Shown: piece by piece, positions 36,562-49,925 of the stretch
How positions within the stretch are numbered: position 1 is the first letter of the stretch
How the letters are laid out: each line of letters opens with the position of its first letter
NCBI RefSeq assembly: GCF_964355755.1
Contig: NC_092675.1
Span: 16,464,912 to 16,528,911 of the forward strand
Reading direction: 5' to 3'
DNA: 64,000 nt
Source: Antedon mediterranea
Taxonomy: Eukaryota > Animalia > Echinodermata
The notes under the pieces: model-generated
The model's input: the letters and a program-made list of their open reading frames with translations, nothing else
What the model was told of the DNA's origin: nothing
The model's database searches: none
Position numbers and translations under genes: made by a program

Positions 36562-39500
36562 CTACTGCTTTTGTAATCGTTGCTCCCATTGCAAAGCTAG
36601 CTTACTTTTCCTCTTTATTGAATGTCCAGATTCTTTTTTTGCCTAAAAAGATAAAGATAAAAGATATTGATGACATTGAAGTATTGAAAAGGCTTGGAGG
36701 GGGTTTAACCTTTTCTTAAGCTCTGTCTACAATATCAAAGAAAGTGTAATGTGCCCAAATATGGTAGTGATATTGACATCATCATGTCCATATATGAGCA
36801 CATTACATTTTTTGTCACATAAAGTTTGATAGTGTAGACGTGTGTATAGCCTTGAAATTTTACTATTTTCATATAGCAAAAGTCATGGTGATTTAAGATG
36901 TGGGGGGGGGGGGGGGCTTCTTTTATAAAACCCCAGATGGAATGAAATTGTTTTGCAGTTAGTGCCTTTTTATAAACTTCACTTTAAAATTCCTGGCTGA
37001 CTGCCTGGATTTTAGATTTTAATTGTTAAACATGTAAATATAAAAATATAACTAATAAAAAATATATTTATTAATAACCATCACCTTTAAACAAGTAAAC
37101 TAAGGTGTTTAAACACATCTCTAACTAGGATTAAAGAATTAATTTTTCACTTGAAGGGTATCAAAGGCATCATTATTCATATTAGTAAAACTATTTTTGA
37201 AGGGTGTTTTTAAAATGTACGCATGACTAAAGTTTAGTCATGACATTGTGCAATCTAAATTGATGGATGCATTATGATCTGAGGAAAAAAACCCAAATAT
37301 TACAAACTTTTAGAAATCTTTTACATTATAAAAAATATAAAACTTACAAACTACCCAAATAATAGTATTGACAATTTTATTGCAGAGAGAAAGCTACATT
37401 ACTAATCGTACCATGCAGTCTATCAGACCTTAGGCAGCAGATTATCTTCTATAAAAAGTATTTTCTATCATTGATCTAAACAAGTACTGTAACCACAGCA
37501 AGAGTATGAAAACTATGATACAATATAATACAGTGAAAGAGCTACATCTATTAGGGTATTTCTAGAAGGTTTAAAATACCAAATGTCTAAATATGCTTGT
37601 TTATAAAATAATGTCAAACAAAGGTTAATAAAGGGCTAGTACACATTTCCAAAGACACAATAGATATTTATAACACGGGGATATTTCTGTGTTTAAGCAT
37701 ATAATGCTGAATAATGGGTAAAGGTAAATTATTATATAAATTTTACACCAAATTAATTATTTTCACCAAACTACAAATATTATTACAATACACTAAACAT
37801 AATCTAAGGCTCTGTTCACACCAGTGTTTTAGTGACAACAATAAATGTTTATGTCTGCGAAAAGAGTATTTTAGCCCACAATGTGTCGCTGAAGAACCAT
37901 ATTGTGGAAAACGGTATTGGAGTATTCCATTTTAATATAAAAGACTAATGAAACTCAGAAAGCCCAATGAAGGACAAAACTTCAATTGTAACTCAATAGG
38001 TGTGAACATGCCTTATTAAATGTATGGATTAGTTTCCTATACCTGGTAATAAAATAGTTAAATAAAATCTACAGCTCTTACCAGTTGCTCACCTATTTTC
38101 ACTTTCACTGAGAAATTAAATAATCAATAAGTTAAAGTTATGGTTTTTGCCATTGCAGGACCAGTTTGGGACCTTTACAGAGTGTACATATTTAGTTAGA
38201 TTTCGAGTGAATTTACTGCATTTGTTATGACATATCTACAAAAAAATAGATTATGACCCATTGCCTTGGTTAGAAGAATTATACTATATTTTTATGATGC
38301 TGTGCTGAAATAATTTTTTCACTTGTAAAAATAATTTTTTTTTTAAAGTTCTTTTTAGTTTTCAGAGATAAACATATTGTACATGTTTGGCATCCCTTTG
38401 ATTTTGGCAAAAACCTTAAATCTGAAAGAAAAGGCAGGCAGATTTACATTGGCCAAATTGCATTAAAAACCTTGCCAAATTGTAAAATGTAACCTTTTAT
38501 ATTTATTAACTGATGGATAGATTTTTCTAAATCTAAATCAGTTTGCGAAATCCACCTGTTACTGGTCATCTCGTAACTAAATCAAAATGTCAACTGTCGC
38601 TATTGGCTTTATCAACTAGAATAACTGATTGGCGAGAGGACAAAAACAAGATATTTTACTTAGAAGATAACATTGAATTGAAACAATTGATGAATGTTTA
38701 TCAGATGATAATTTTAATTACTACAGATAATTTTAACTGTTGACAATGCTTATTACATGAATCAATAAAATTATGAAAATTTGAAATGACTATCTACGAT
38801 AGTAAACTTCAACCACATAATATATAAATATATTAGTGGAGTACTTTGCCAAATATATCAGTGAAAACTATATTCGGAAAGAGAGGACTCACTACTTAAT
38901 ATTTTGGCCCATGTTATTGTTAAAAGATACAAAGGGTGTGCTGTTTAATACTTCACCTCATATGGACGATACAGGTAACACAGATTCCACTATACTGTAA
39001 TAACCAATATATCAATAGGCATGTTCTGTAGATACCTAACAATTGTGGATGCTAACAAACAATATATACACTTTTAGCAAAATTATGTTTTGCTAAATTG
39101 ATAGCATCGCATGCTTAGTGAAATATAGAATATGAAAATAAGGGAGAGTTTAAAGGCAAGGTTTACAGTATAGAATGCATGAGTCATTGAGTTGTTAACA
39201 GTTCCTTCAACCTTATAATTGTAATCTTTTCCTGACCATCTTTGAATATTAGATGTAATTGCAACAGATGCATGTACTGCTTGTGGAAGTGACATGCCAA
39301 ATAAGTTACCATAAGATACACTCAGTCTCAATAACTCAACAAAATGAAAAGTATGAGGCCAAAATTATTTACTTGTTGCAGCAACTATGATTTATAACGA
39401 AACACAACACAATGTTATGTGGAAACTAAAGTATGTACTCATGCATTATCATAAGTAATACTTTGTTTTTCTTTTACCTAGTTTAACATGGGTTACAGTA

Positions 39501-42500
39501 CAATTACTTTAGATAAAGAAATTGGCAGGCCCACTGACGAGGAAAGACATGAATAATTGAAAAATGTCCTTATTTAGGTAGGGTTCTAAGCTGGTGTGTA
39601 TTGCAGTATTTGTGTGTCTGTTAAAGCCTGTTACCCAGCTAAGTTGGATCATTAATAACTATGGCCATGAAACCAAATTACCTAGGTAAATAACTGCGAT
39701 GATTTTTTTAAATTTTTGCAGACATGAAATGCTTCCTAAACACAAACACTCTGCACTTGTCATCCTTGATGAGGCTGTTATAAGAATTCAATTTATTACT
39801 CAACATCAGGAAATTTATTAATCTATAGCATCAGGAATACTATAGCACACCAGCTGCAACTATACAATTTGCTATACATGTTATATGGATGCTGAATTGT
39901 AAAAGGGTATGTGGTTTTTTAAGCAGTCTCTTTACATGCATTAGATTTTGTAACACAGCATAATCCACAAAAAATAAATTGAAAACTACTAGTTTTTACT
40001 TTTCAAAGCAAATCAACACATTTTAAATCATTAATGGCTTGAACTCTTTTTTTAGTTTGTTTTATCACCATAATAATGTTTTTAAATATTTTAATTTGTG
40101 ACTTTAAATAATTAAAATTAGGTGGCAGAAATTGACGTATCTCCTCGTTGCATATGATTTCCTTCATTTTTCTATTAATACACATTTTTTATGTTCTTTT
40201 AGAGAGTGGTAATGATTACTCACTTTATGATAGTGATGATTAAACGTAATTTTAAAAATATTACAGATTTTGTTGAGTGATAGTTGGCAACTTCTGTTTT
40301 GGCTCAAAAAGATTTTAAGTAATATTCTGCTCTGTCACTATCTAGTTTGACAACAAAATTGTGATGTACCCAAATATGGTAGTGCTATGACATAATCATA
40401 TCCATATATGGGCACATGTCATTTTGTTGTCACATAATGTTTGATAGTGTAGACAGACTTTAAAGAAACGAATCTGTACCTGTAATTGGGTTAGATTGTC
40501 AGTGACTGGTGCACTTCGTCTTTTGCTGGCTTCTGTATCGCCCTCTTGTGGTTTCACTTCTAGCTGGTATGATGACTTAGGTCGAGGTTTTAATCGATCG
40601 TGTTCCTTCTTGATGGAATCTTCTCGTTCCTTCTGAAGACGTATTTCTCTTTGAATAATAGATTCTTTGACTTGAACTTTTTTCTTATCTTCTAACAATA
40701 AAATACACAGCAGAATAATAATTCAACAATGTTGAAATAGTAATTCAGACACGGTGCATGTATATGTCAAGAAGGTGTTGTTACAGGGTATTATTACATG
40801 TATGTACATTTTGGGGTATGTTTCTATTAGTCCCTGTCTACTGTACACTTATAAACTACAAAAAAATGTGATGCGGCCATATATGGACATGATGATGTCA
40901 TATTATTACCATATTTTGGCACATTAAAGTTTTTTTGTCAAACTAGTTTGATAGTATGACAAAGCTTTAAAAAGAATTTTGGTACTATTTTTACCTTTTA
41001 AGACTGATTCATTTTGTTCATCTGTAACATCACTCTTTGATACAGATTTGATTATTACTCTTTTCTGTTCATCCTCTTTCTTTCTTTCATCCTTTTGCTT
41101 ACTAGCTAGCCTTCCTCTTACGGAACTTGTTGATGATATACTTGAGGAATTAGAGCAAGTACAACTGGTAGAAAAAGTCTTTCCAACTGGACATTTTTCT
41201 AGACTGTCAGTGACTGTCAAATTATGTTTAACCAAATCTTTGGTTTTTCCTAGATATTGAGTAGACATTGTTAATGGTATACAATACATTTAAAAAAAAA
41301 GGAAGGTAGGGTAGTATGATAATAATATCAGTGTTATTTTCCAATTACATTGGCAATACATGATAAATATAGGATAGACTCTTTTCTAAATTCCAAGTCC
41401 GAGGTTTAGGTTGTGGTACACATCATGGAATTAGTAGGCAAGATGGGTTAATAATCATTGGCCAACAATTGTCTCACCAGCGAAGAGTGTTCACTCTTCC
41501 CTTGTCTTAACTATGTACAAACCCCAAGAAAAATCTCTACCCCACTACAAAATAAAAATAACTTATGTCATAATTGTTGACAATAGGAAACAGGTAATCA
41601 TCGGATATGCTTTACATTAGGTGCAGTGATCGGATCAGGATTGCTTATTATTTAATATTAATTAATTAAATAATAAATATTAAAATAAAATTCAAAAATA
41701 AATATACATATATGCACATAAGTTGCTGGGATCTCTCTCTCTCTCACTCAGAGACAACCTCACTCAATGACGGCCTGATGTCCTCAATCGAGAATGGCTA
41801 ACCAAACAAGAACAAGATTGTTAACATACTCTTTTGTATAGCAAGTTCCTCTTCCCTTTCTTGTGTTAGTCTAATATCTCGTTCAATAGTACTTTCTTTC
41901 TTAGTCAGTGTTCGCCTTTTTGGTTCTGTTGTTTGTTTATCTCGTATAATTACATCAGGTACTGTGTCTAAAGAAAATGAATCATCGTTTGTTGCCTTAT
42001 GGATGTATGCCAGCGATGACTTGGGTGATGACATCAAGAAACCTGCTTTTCTTGTTGGTGTAGATTCCTGTTTAGACTATAAATGAAAAAAAATAAAAAT
42101 GCTATGTAATTTGGTGTTTGTGTAAAATCTATAAGCATGGAGGAATTATCATCTAAGTTAGTATAAATTATGACTATTTCTCCCCAAGTACTGTATATAA
42201 ATCCATATTTTGAAATATCTAAAATGCCATAAAGTATATACATTCTACAAAGTGCTTTACCATGTAAAATATAGTGTATATTGCTACTGTACTGTACATA
42301 ACCAACATCCCTTTTATTCATCTGAATTCTGCACTCAATATTGTGAAATTGTTTAATAGAATTATTGACAATTCATTTAATTTTTTTTTTGCTTTTTTTA
42401 TTTCATTTATTTATTCGACCAATACACAAGATACAGAAAAGAAACAGAGCACAATGGTCAGGGGCAACTAAATCAAAACAATTACTATAACTCAAAGAGT

Positions 42501-45500
42501 CAGTTGCCCCTTAAAAAACACCGAAATACAAAAAATATTGCACCAACAATTGCAGATACAGTAGGAGTATATTTTATATCTCACAGTTTATATATAATAA
42601 TTATCTGCAAGTTTGCTGTCAAATGTTTAATGTCAACTATCTGTATTTTGATGAAAACTAAAGATTCAAATCGAATAACCTTCATACAATCGCATCAATC
42701 AAATTTAATTAAAAAAAATGTAACTTTAAATTTAAAGTGTTAAATATAACAAACTGATACTGATACTGCCAAGAAATTAATTAATCAGAAGCCATGAGAT
42801 TAGGATACAGCAGAGAGCAATTAAAACTATAACATTTCAAAGTTATAGAACTGTAAATGTCAAGCAGTTATTTGCCATGTTTAACAACACATGTTTAGTG
42901 CCAAGTTACAGTAGCTTGTTTTTTTCCCATGAATAACAGCATGGGAATGATTTTCCTGACAAAAAACAACAAAACACTTTTCAAATACTGTAACACAAAA
43001 TGTCTAAAGAAACAAATCTATATGATAATAGCACTAAGCCAAAATTTATTCCTCTATCTCTTCTTAAACCGCAAGTCCGATAATAACGCCATTTGAGCTG
43101 GGGCACCTTAGAACGGCAAGTTTGTACAAAAAAGGTGTTTTTTAGACCAATTTCTTTGCAACTGCTGTTTCCCCGCTACTAAAATCGATCGAGCATGCAA
43201 TTATACAGATAAAGAGCGCCACGGGCAACAGGTCATTGTCGTTCAAGCATGCTGTACTGAATTATTTCGAACATGGTGCAATTTAGACCAAACCCTGGTT
43301 AGCGACAAGGGTATATCCTCATACTTCGGTTCAGGTATAGTTTTATTCCCTCAGTTTACTGATATTATAATATAAATACCCTATACTCGTATTTGTTTTT
43401 GTACTCTCACAATGACGTGCCATATACAGTACACATATCCATTTCAAGAACATATATGTACTTAATTTATCATGGTGCCCGTCCACACCTGCTAGTGTGA
43501 TTTATACAGTGATTAAATATACAGTACTGCATATACCTGTAGCTTGGGAAAGATTTTTCAAATTCTTACTGTCGACTTCCTCATCTTCAAGGTTTAAAAA
43601 TTAATTACTTTTTAGTATATTACTGGGTGGTTTAGACATATACCTATACATTTATAATATGTAGAGGTACAGTAAGTATATCCAATGAGGTGTTACTGTA
43701 GCAGAAACTGGAAATAGCGGTTTACTGATTTCTTTTTTTGATAATAAGAAAAATAAAAAAGTTGCCATGAAATATATGAAATGTAAACTTACTTCTTCAA
43801 TTGCTTTATTGGGTTGGTCGGTTGCATCATCACCTTGCTTAGACTGCCCTCTGAGTAACTTCTGATATTCCTTGTAGCTTGAGTAAGGCGCAGTCTTAAA
43901 TCGACTCCATTGCTCTTCAGTTCCTGAAAATCGCTGTACTCGTACTTCTGGCGTTCCATTAGTACTCATTCCAAGTCCGTATATCATAATACGTGAACTA
44001 TCGTCAACGATTGGCTTAGCTCGGTCAGTTGAAGATGGCAAACAATCCCTTGAAATATCCTGTTTTTCACCCATTACTCGTTTTCTTTCTCGTGTTATGA
44101 TAGCTTCTCGTTCTTTCTGCTCACGAATCTCACGTTCTACTACAGTTTCATGGGCTTTGATGTTCTCTTGTTCCTTCTCTTGTTCTTCTGCGACACTTTG
44201 TCGTTTTTCTTTTTCTTGTGGAGAAGGCTTTTGCAACTTAGATGATCCAGTTCTTACAAATTCTTCTTCACGTTCTCTTTGAAGTCGTATTTCCCTCTCA
44301 ACAATAGTTTCAGATTTAATTTTCTCAGCTTCGCTTGTTTCTGTAACATCATAGCTCATGTAAGTACCACCAGAATCAACCAAATCTTCAAAGTCTGTCA
44401 GCAGATCTGGATGATTTCTCTCTATAATCTTAACATTCATATCATCAGAATTGATATCTGCTAATATTTTCTCTCTCATTTTTTGTTCTTCATTTTGAGC
44501 TTCATTTTTTCTAAGACTCAACCTGCTCTGAAATACTGATAAATTCTTTACTTCTCCCGAAGGTGTCGTTTGTCTTCGTTTAAGTCCTTCTGAATTAGTT
44601 TTAGATATTTTACTTTCAAACATACTTCTAGCAGCTTTCATACATATTGTTGTATTTTCAATATCTTGACCTTTGCTATCTTGTTCTATGATTTGAGTTG
44701 TTTTATTGTCATTTGTTTTCTCTTTTTCAACAACCTCAACTTCACTCTTTTCACCGTTTTCTATTGATATTTGTGAAGATTTCTTCTTAACTGGAGTTCT
44801 GCTAAATTTACCTTTATTGACAAGTCCATTTGTAGATTCTTTATTTAAATTTAGAAGTTCCAATCTTTCTTGAACACTTATTGGCTTTAACTGATCACCT
44901 TGCTTCTCTGAGTTATTCTTTTCAATAGGCTCTTTACCAGACTTAATATTATTTATTCTTTTATTATTGCATTTATTATTATCCAATTTAGAAGTGACTT
45001 CCTGGTTATCTGGTACTAATTCTTCTTTATGTTTGTCTATTTTTACAGACACCATCTTTTTGATTTCTGTACCCGTTTCATCCGACAAATTACTATCATT
45101 TCCTTCGTTAATCCAGCTTTCTCTTTTCTGCTTTTTCATTTTCATTGAGCCAATTAGGTGCCTTCTTTCGTATTCATATTCATACAAAGGCTTCCCATTC
45201 TCATCAACTTCACAGTTTTCAGCATCTGGAGAATTGATTCCATAATAAAGTTGTTTCATAAACTTTGAAGATTTCTTCTCTGCTGCAAGTGCTTGTGCCT
45301 TCTTTAATTCCTCCATTTCAGATTCAGTCAAAGATCTGTTTCTAGGTTCTATTTTACTGGTTTTATTTTCATTATAAAGCTCGGAATCAGTGGATGATCG
45401 TTCTCTTTGTATGTAATCAGAAGTAAAAGTTGAATGTTGCTGTTGTCTTGGGAAGCTGTCATTCAACTTGGGAAGAATGCTAACCGAAGGTGAGATTGAT

Positions 45501-46348
45501 GAAGGCAATGTAACAGGTGTGTTTGATAGTTTAGGTTCAAACGTCATGACATCATCAAATGATGAATCACTTCCGAAAAAGCTTTTTCTCTTCTCATTAT
45601 TTTCTATTCGACGCTGTTCCACTTTCTCTTGAGAGTTTTGCTTCGCTATGTTAGGTCTATTGAAGGCATCATTTTGACCTACACTTAAATCAACACTAGT
45701 TGGTGAAAGAGGAGAGAGTGGTGTCTCATAACCAGAAGTTTCTGTATTTGTTAATGAGATTTCCATTTCTAAAAGATTTATGTTTTTACAATTATTAGAA
45801 TCATTTTTGGTATTTTGACCATCATCAACACTTGCTCTTTCCATGCCATCACAACTTGATCGATCCATTCCATCACAGCTAGCTCTGTCACTCAGAGCAT
45901 CCCCATCACTACTGCCAAGACCACTTTCTGCTGTTGATGATAATTTCATTCCCTGTTCCATATTCAAATGCTGATTTTTGATGTCTTCAGTAGACAGAAC
46001 CTCTGATAAACTCTCACAGTACTGCTGGACTAAATCATCTTTACATATCTGTTCTCGCATGTGATTTTTTAATGAGAAATTTGACTCTGCCATTAAATCA
46101 AAGTCGATAAGAGAATTTGTATGAGGGTCACTGTGCCCCGTCTCTTGTGAACTCTTTTCATTGTCTAATGTTGAATCTTTAGGCACATACTGTGATGTTT
46201 CTACTTCAGCACCAAGTATTATGATGTTGCTCTCCTCATTAGCCATATTTGCTATAGCAACCTTAGTATCAGTTTCCTTCCTGCGATGTTTAGATGATAA
46301 TGGTGATGTTTTTTCTGTTTCTTTTATTGACTGAGAGTCAATGCAGTC
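36562..46348 (-). CDS. MISP / PALM2-AKAP2 C-terminal-domain-like protein (>=1082 aa, largely disordered/coiled-coil)
   Basis: Exons (minus): 46348-43793 (open throughout; first in-exon ATG 46246), 42076-41830, 41249-40995, 40691-40480, 36642-36562; phases 0,1,1,0 consistent. Four E(S/T)xxEREIRxxxERE repeats and the C-terminus KRKSKLALQWEQRL resemble AKAP2/MISP (..KSALALRWE..). True start may lie upstream. Confidence 0.82.
36717..36840. mobile_element. MITE family A, copy 4
   Basis: taagctctgtctacaatatcaaa ... gtttgatagtgtagac. Confidence 0.8.
37805..38014. mobile_element. Harbinger/Tourist-like MITE
   Basis: taaggctctgttcacacc ... ggtgtgaacatgcctta inverted termini. Confidence 0.55.
40329..40462. 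mobile_element. MITE family A, copy 5
   Basis: gctctgtcactatc ... gtttgatagtgtagacagacttta. Confidence 0.8.
40833..40969. mobile_element. MITE family A, copy 6
   Basis: Internal atatggacatgatgatgtcatat and right end gtcaaactagtttgatagt..agcttta. Confidence 0.75.
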
Positions 46349-47176
46349 CTGAAAAAAAAAATCAAAAAATTTTAATTAGAAATTGATAAACGAAGAATTA
46401 TATAGACCATCTCATTGTGTAGTACAATAAAGGAATAGGTATATATAGTTATAATAATAACAATTATTATTTTGCAACTTTTTTTATCTGACTAGTAGGT
46501 GTGAATAGTAGCATATAACTGCTCTTGTTGCTAAGATACAAACCAAGCAACATGAACTGAAGGCCAAGAAAAATCAATCTTAAATATTATATAGGCACAT
46601 GTGAATAATAAAATACATATAAATATGAAATGAAAGGATACATAAAAATATAATATACCGTACAATTTGTATACAATCCTTAAAATAAACTAAATTGCTA
46701 AATATAATTTGCACATATTAGAAAGAAATAAGTGAATTCATAAAATTTCAGAAAAATTATTTTAAAGCTCAGGAAAATTTAGAATAATAACTTGAAAATT
46801 GTAGGTGCTACTGTATTGTACTAACAAACAAACAAAGCTGCAAGTACTATACAAAAATCAAACACTAGGAACGAAAGCATAAACTGGAATTCTACTGGAG
46901 ATTCACAATGATAATTAAAGATCAAAAACAAACAAGCGGAAGGTTTGAATTATTTTCTATCCGTTTAAAAAAAGAATTGCAACATACATCAAATTAAGTC
47001 ATAAAAGGGACGACAACTAAAACAACTCAATGGTCTTTTTTAAATACGATTATCATACCGCCACCACAGACTGGTACTGTACTGTACGTACTCAGTAGAC
47101 AAATATATTATCACTCATACTAAAAGTTTGAACTGATAATTAATTATTGAATTAAAAAAGAGAAAACTAAACATAC

Positions 47177-47224
47177 CTGTTGAAAGAATTCTAACTTGAA
47201 CAAGAGCAACTGAAGAGAGAACAT
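47177..47224 (-). CDS. Candidate upstream first coding exon of the MISP/AKAP2-like gene (MFSLQLLLFKLEFFQQ)
   Basis: ATG plus 15 further codons ending in CAG|GTATGT, phase 0, in frame with the acceptor at 46348. Confidence 0.4.
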
Positions 47225-48707
47225 GGAGTGGAGAGACTAAACTACACTATGGTACATTCCCATAGACTATGATAACAATGATCACAAACCTTCTCATCCC
47301 AGAATAAAAGAAACAAATTTGTCAATTTTCTGCTTGACAATTCTGATCCGGATGACTACCTTTTCAATTCAAGATGAATCAGGTTTAAAAATCAGTGGAC
47401 AGGAAAGAAGAACAGTAAAGAACATTGTTAGTGATTCACGCTCAACAATTATTGTTATATAATACCCATAAATATTCCCACTAAGTCATGCAGAAATAAC
47501 CTTGTTAAAATCATTTAAAATATTAGTATAAATTACAGTAAATTAAATAACAATTGGAGATGTCGGGAAGGTGCGGCAACATAAACGAGAATTGTTTATA
47601 TCTAGGTATGAAATAATGAATATAAAGTAACTCATGCCAAGTTAATATTGTATGTTGATGTGATGTTTTGCGCGGCAAGCCAACAAATTTGACATTTTAC
47701 TTAACGAAATCCAATTGTCATTTCCTGTATACTGTATGATAAACGACATTGATCATGTGACACAGCATAACATGTGTCTATATACAATACTCAATCTTAT
47801 AAATTGACCAATCAACTACTGTACGGTACACTACTGTAAAGTTGACATTTTTCATAATTATGATGATATTGATTTTTTAATGACTTTTTTTTATTTCTAA
47901 AAAAACTAAAGTAAAAACAAATGAAATGGGGGGTGGGAAAATAGATGTCTAGATCAATAATGACATGACACTGATGTACTGTACTGAACCCACTCAGCTA
48001 CTGTATTTCATCAAAACTGTATGGTCTACATGTAATTATACAGAATTAAGAATTTACTGTACTTCCAAGACTAAAACTATAGTGTTTTGTTTTATAGCTT
48101 AGTAAAACAAGTGGGAAAGTTTGAAAGGCTTTCTAAATCAAGGGTACACTTCTACAATACAGTAGATTGTTTGTATGTTTGTATCATTGACTCTATTCAT
48201 TCCAATTCTAATCATTGTTAAAATCCTCATTCTTTTATCAATGCATTATTCTTATTCTTAAAACACTATCATAAATGGGAATAAGAAATAAAAAACCTTT
48301 TCATGTTTTTCGTGAGAATAAAACTGTTGGTATTTATACGTACAGTAGTACGTACTGCGTAGGGAATATCTGATTATTGGTCGATTGCAGCCGCCATCTT
48401 GTTGGTTCCCTCTCTATGGAGAATCACTTTTTAAACTGCGATGAAATTGTACTTTGACTTCCAGCCTTCGGCTATATAAAGTATCATTGGTACACACTAA
48501 TAAATATTAATGATAATTCAGGGCAGAAAGTTTAAAATAGAAACAAACTGTATGACTTCAATGATCTTTAAAAATCAGATAATGAGGTCCAAATATTAAA
48601 TAAAAAGTACCAACCAATTTGCGTTTCTAAAGGAAGTAGTTTGGAAATTGGCAGTGCACAAAAAACTTATATAATGTCTCATGTAGTACGCCTATAGAAC
48701 AGAAAAT

Positions 48708-48828
48708 CTACACTATCAAACTAGTTTGTAAAAAATGTAATGTGTAGTGATATGATATCATCTTGTCCATATATGGGCACATCACATTTTGATGTCACAT
48801 AATGTTTGATAGGATAGACAGAGCTTTA
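48708..48828. mobile_element. MITE family A, copy 7
   Basis: tctacactatcaaactagtttg ... tagacagagcttta. Confidence 0.8.
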
Positions 48829-49282
48829 AATTAAGAGCATTAAAATTTTACAAAATCAATATTTAATAATATTGTACCCGGTTGAATTCTCATTAATGTC
48901 ATTAAATAATATAAAACAATAGAAATAGATGACTTGATTCAACACAAATGATGTCTATTTACACTATGAATGGTGTTAATAAGAAACACAATTCATCAAA
49001 TTTAACATTCAACATTCAACATTTAACAATTGCATCCTTTGTTAAATACTCAACTTGTTAAAAACTCATTATAAATTCATTATACTGTTAATCAACAGGT
49101 AATATTCCTCTTAATTAGATGCATGTCTCCAGGCAACCAGGAAGGAACAGATAAAACACAAAGTATGATTGGAATAAATCATCAATTTGACAAAACTGTG
49201 AATAACATGACAATTAAAACTGTTTAATTAAAGTAATTAACTTCCTGTTGCAGGTGGACATTGTATTTTATGGAAGATAGTA

Positions 49283-49447
49283 TAAAGCTCTGTCTACACT
49301 ATCAAACTTTATGTGATGTGCTCATATACAGTATAGACATGATGATGTCATATCACTACCGTATTTGGGTATATCACTACCATATTTGGGCACATCACAC
49401 TTTCTTTGTCAAAACAAATTGATAGTATAGACATACAGTAGCTTTAG
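49283..49447. mobile_element. MITE family A, copy 8
   Basis: taaagctctgtctacactatcaaactttatgtga ... gatagtatagaca..gcttta. Confidence 0.8.
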
Positions 49448-49708
49448 TAACTATACTTATATATATATAATTCAGTAGTTACTGCTTTATCTTCAGAAAA
49501 GAAATCTCTACAAAATCTGTGAAAAAAATGGTTTTTATCAAGAGGCCTTTTGAAATACAAATCAATACAGACCTTCTTTGATGACGACTACAGTAATACT
49601 AGTTCTGTACTATAAAGATTTTAAAATCATTCAAACCTCAAAACTAAAGCCAATTTTCACAAATTAGGTTAAAGACACTGACTGTGGACATACAATTTTT
49701 TACATAAT

Positions 49709-49925
49709 TTAAGGTCACACACTACATTTTATGTAAAAATAAATACCATATGGACCTATTGCAATAATTTGTTTTCGCTTTTTAAACGGTTAAAAATGTG
49801 AAAATTAAGTTGATTCTAATCATTTTAGTGGCCCGCTATAAATCCCAACATGCATAGCGCATGGATTGATATTTTCATATTGTGATGTAAAGTACGGTAC
49901 CCGCTTCAATTCATCGCATGAAAGG
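49709..49925 (+). mobile_element. Kolobok-like DNA transposon terminal fragment
   Basis: ttaa-ggtcacacactacat...; inverted homolog at 3330-3526. Confidence 0.6.

Noticed and set aside
43652-43792. Hydrophobic C-terminal tail of the 864-aa ORF as a transmembrane segment
   Set aside because: Intron read-through past the GTAAGT donor at 43792; an intron-retained isoform is not excluded but is unsupported.
40979-45245. Plus-strand ORFs (40979, 44097, 44279, 44967)
   Set aside because: Antisense shadows of the minus-strand coding exons.
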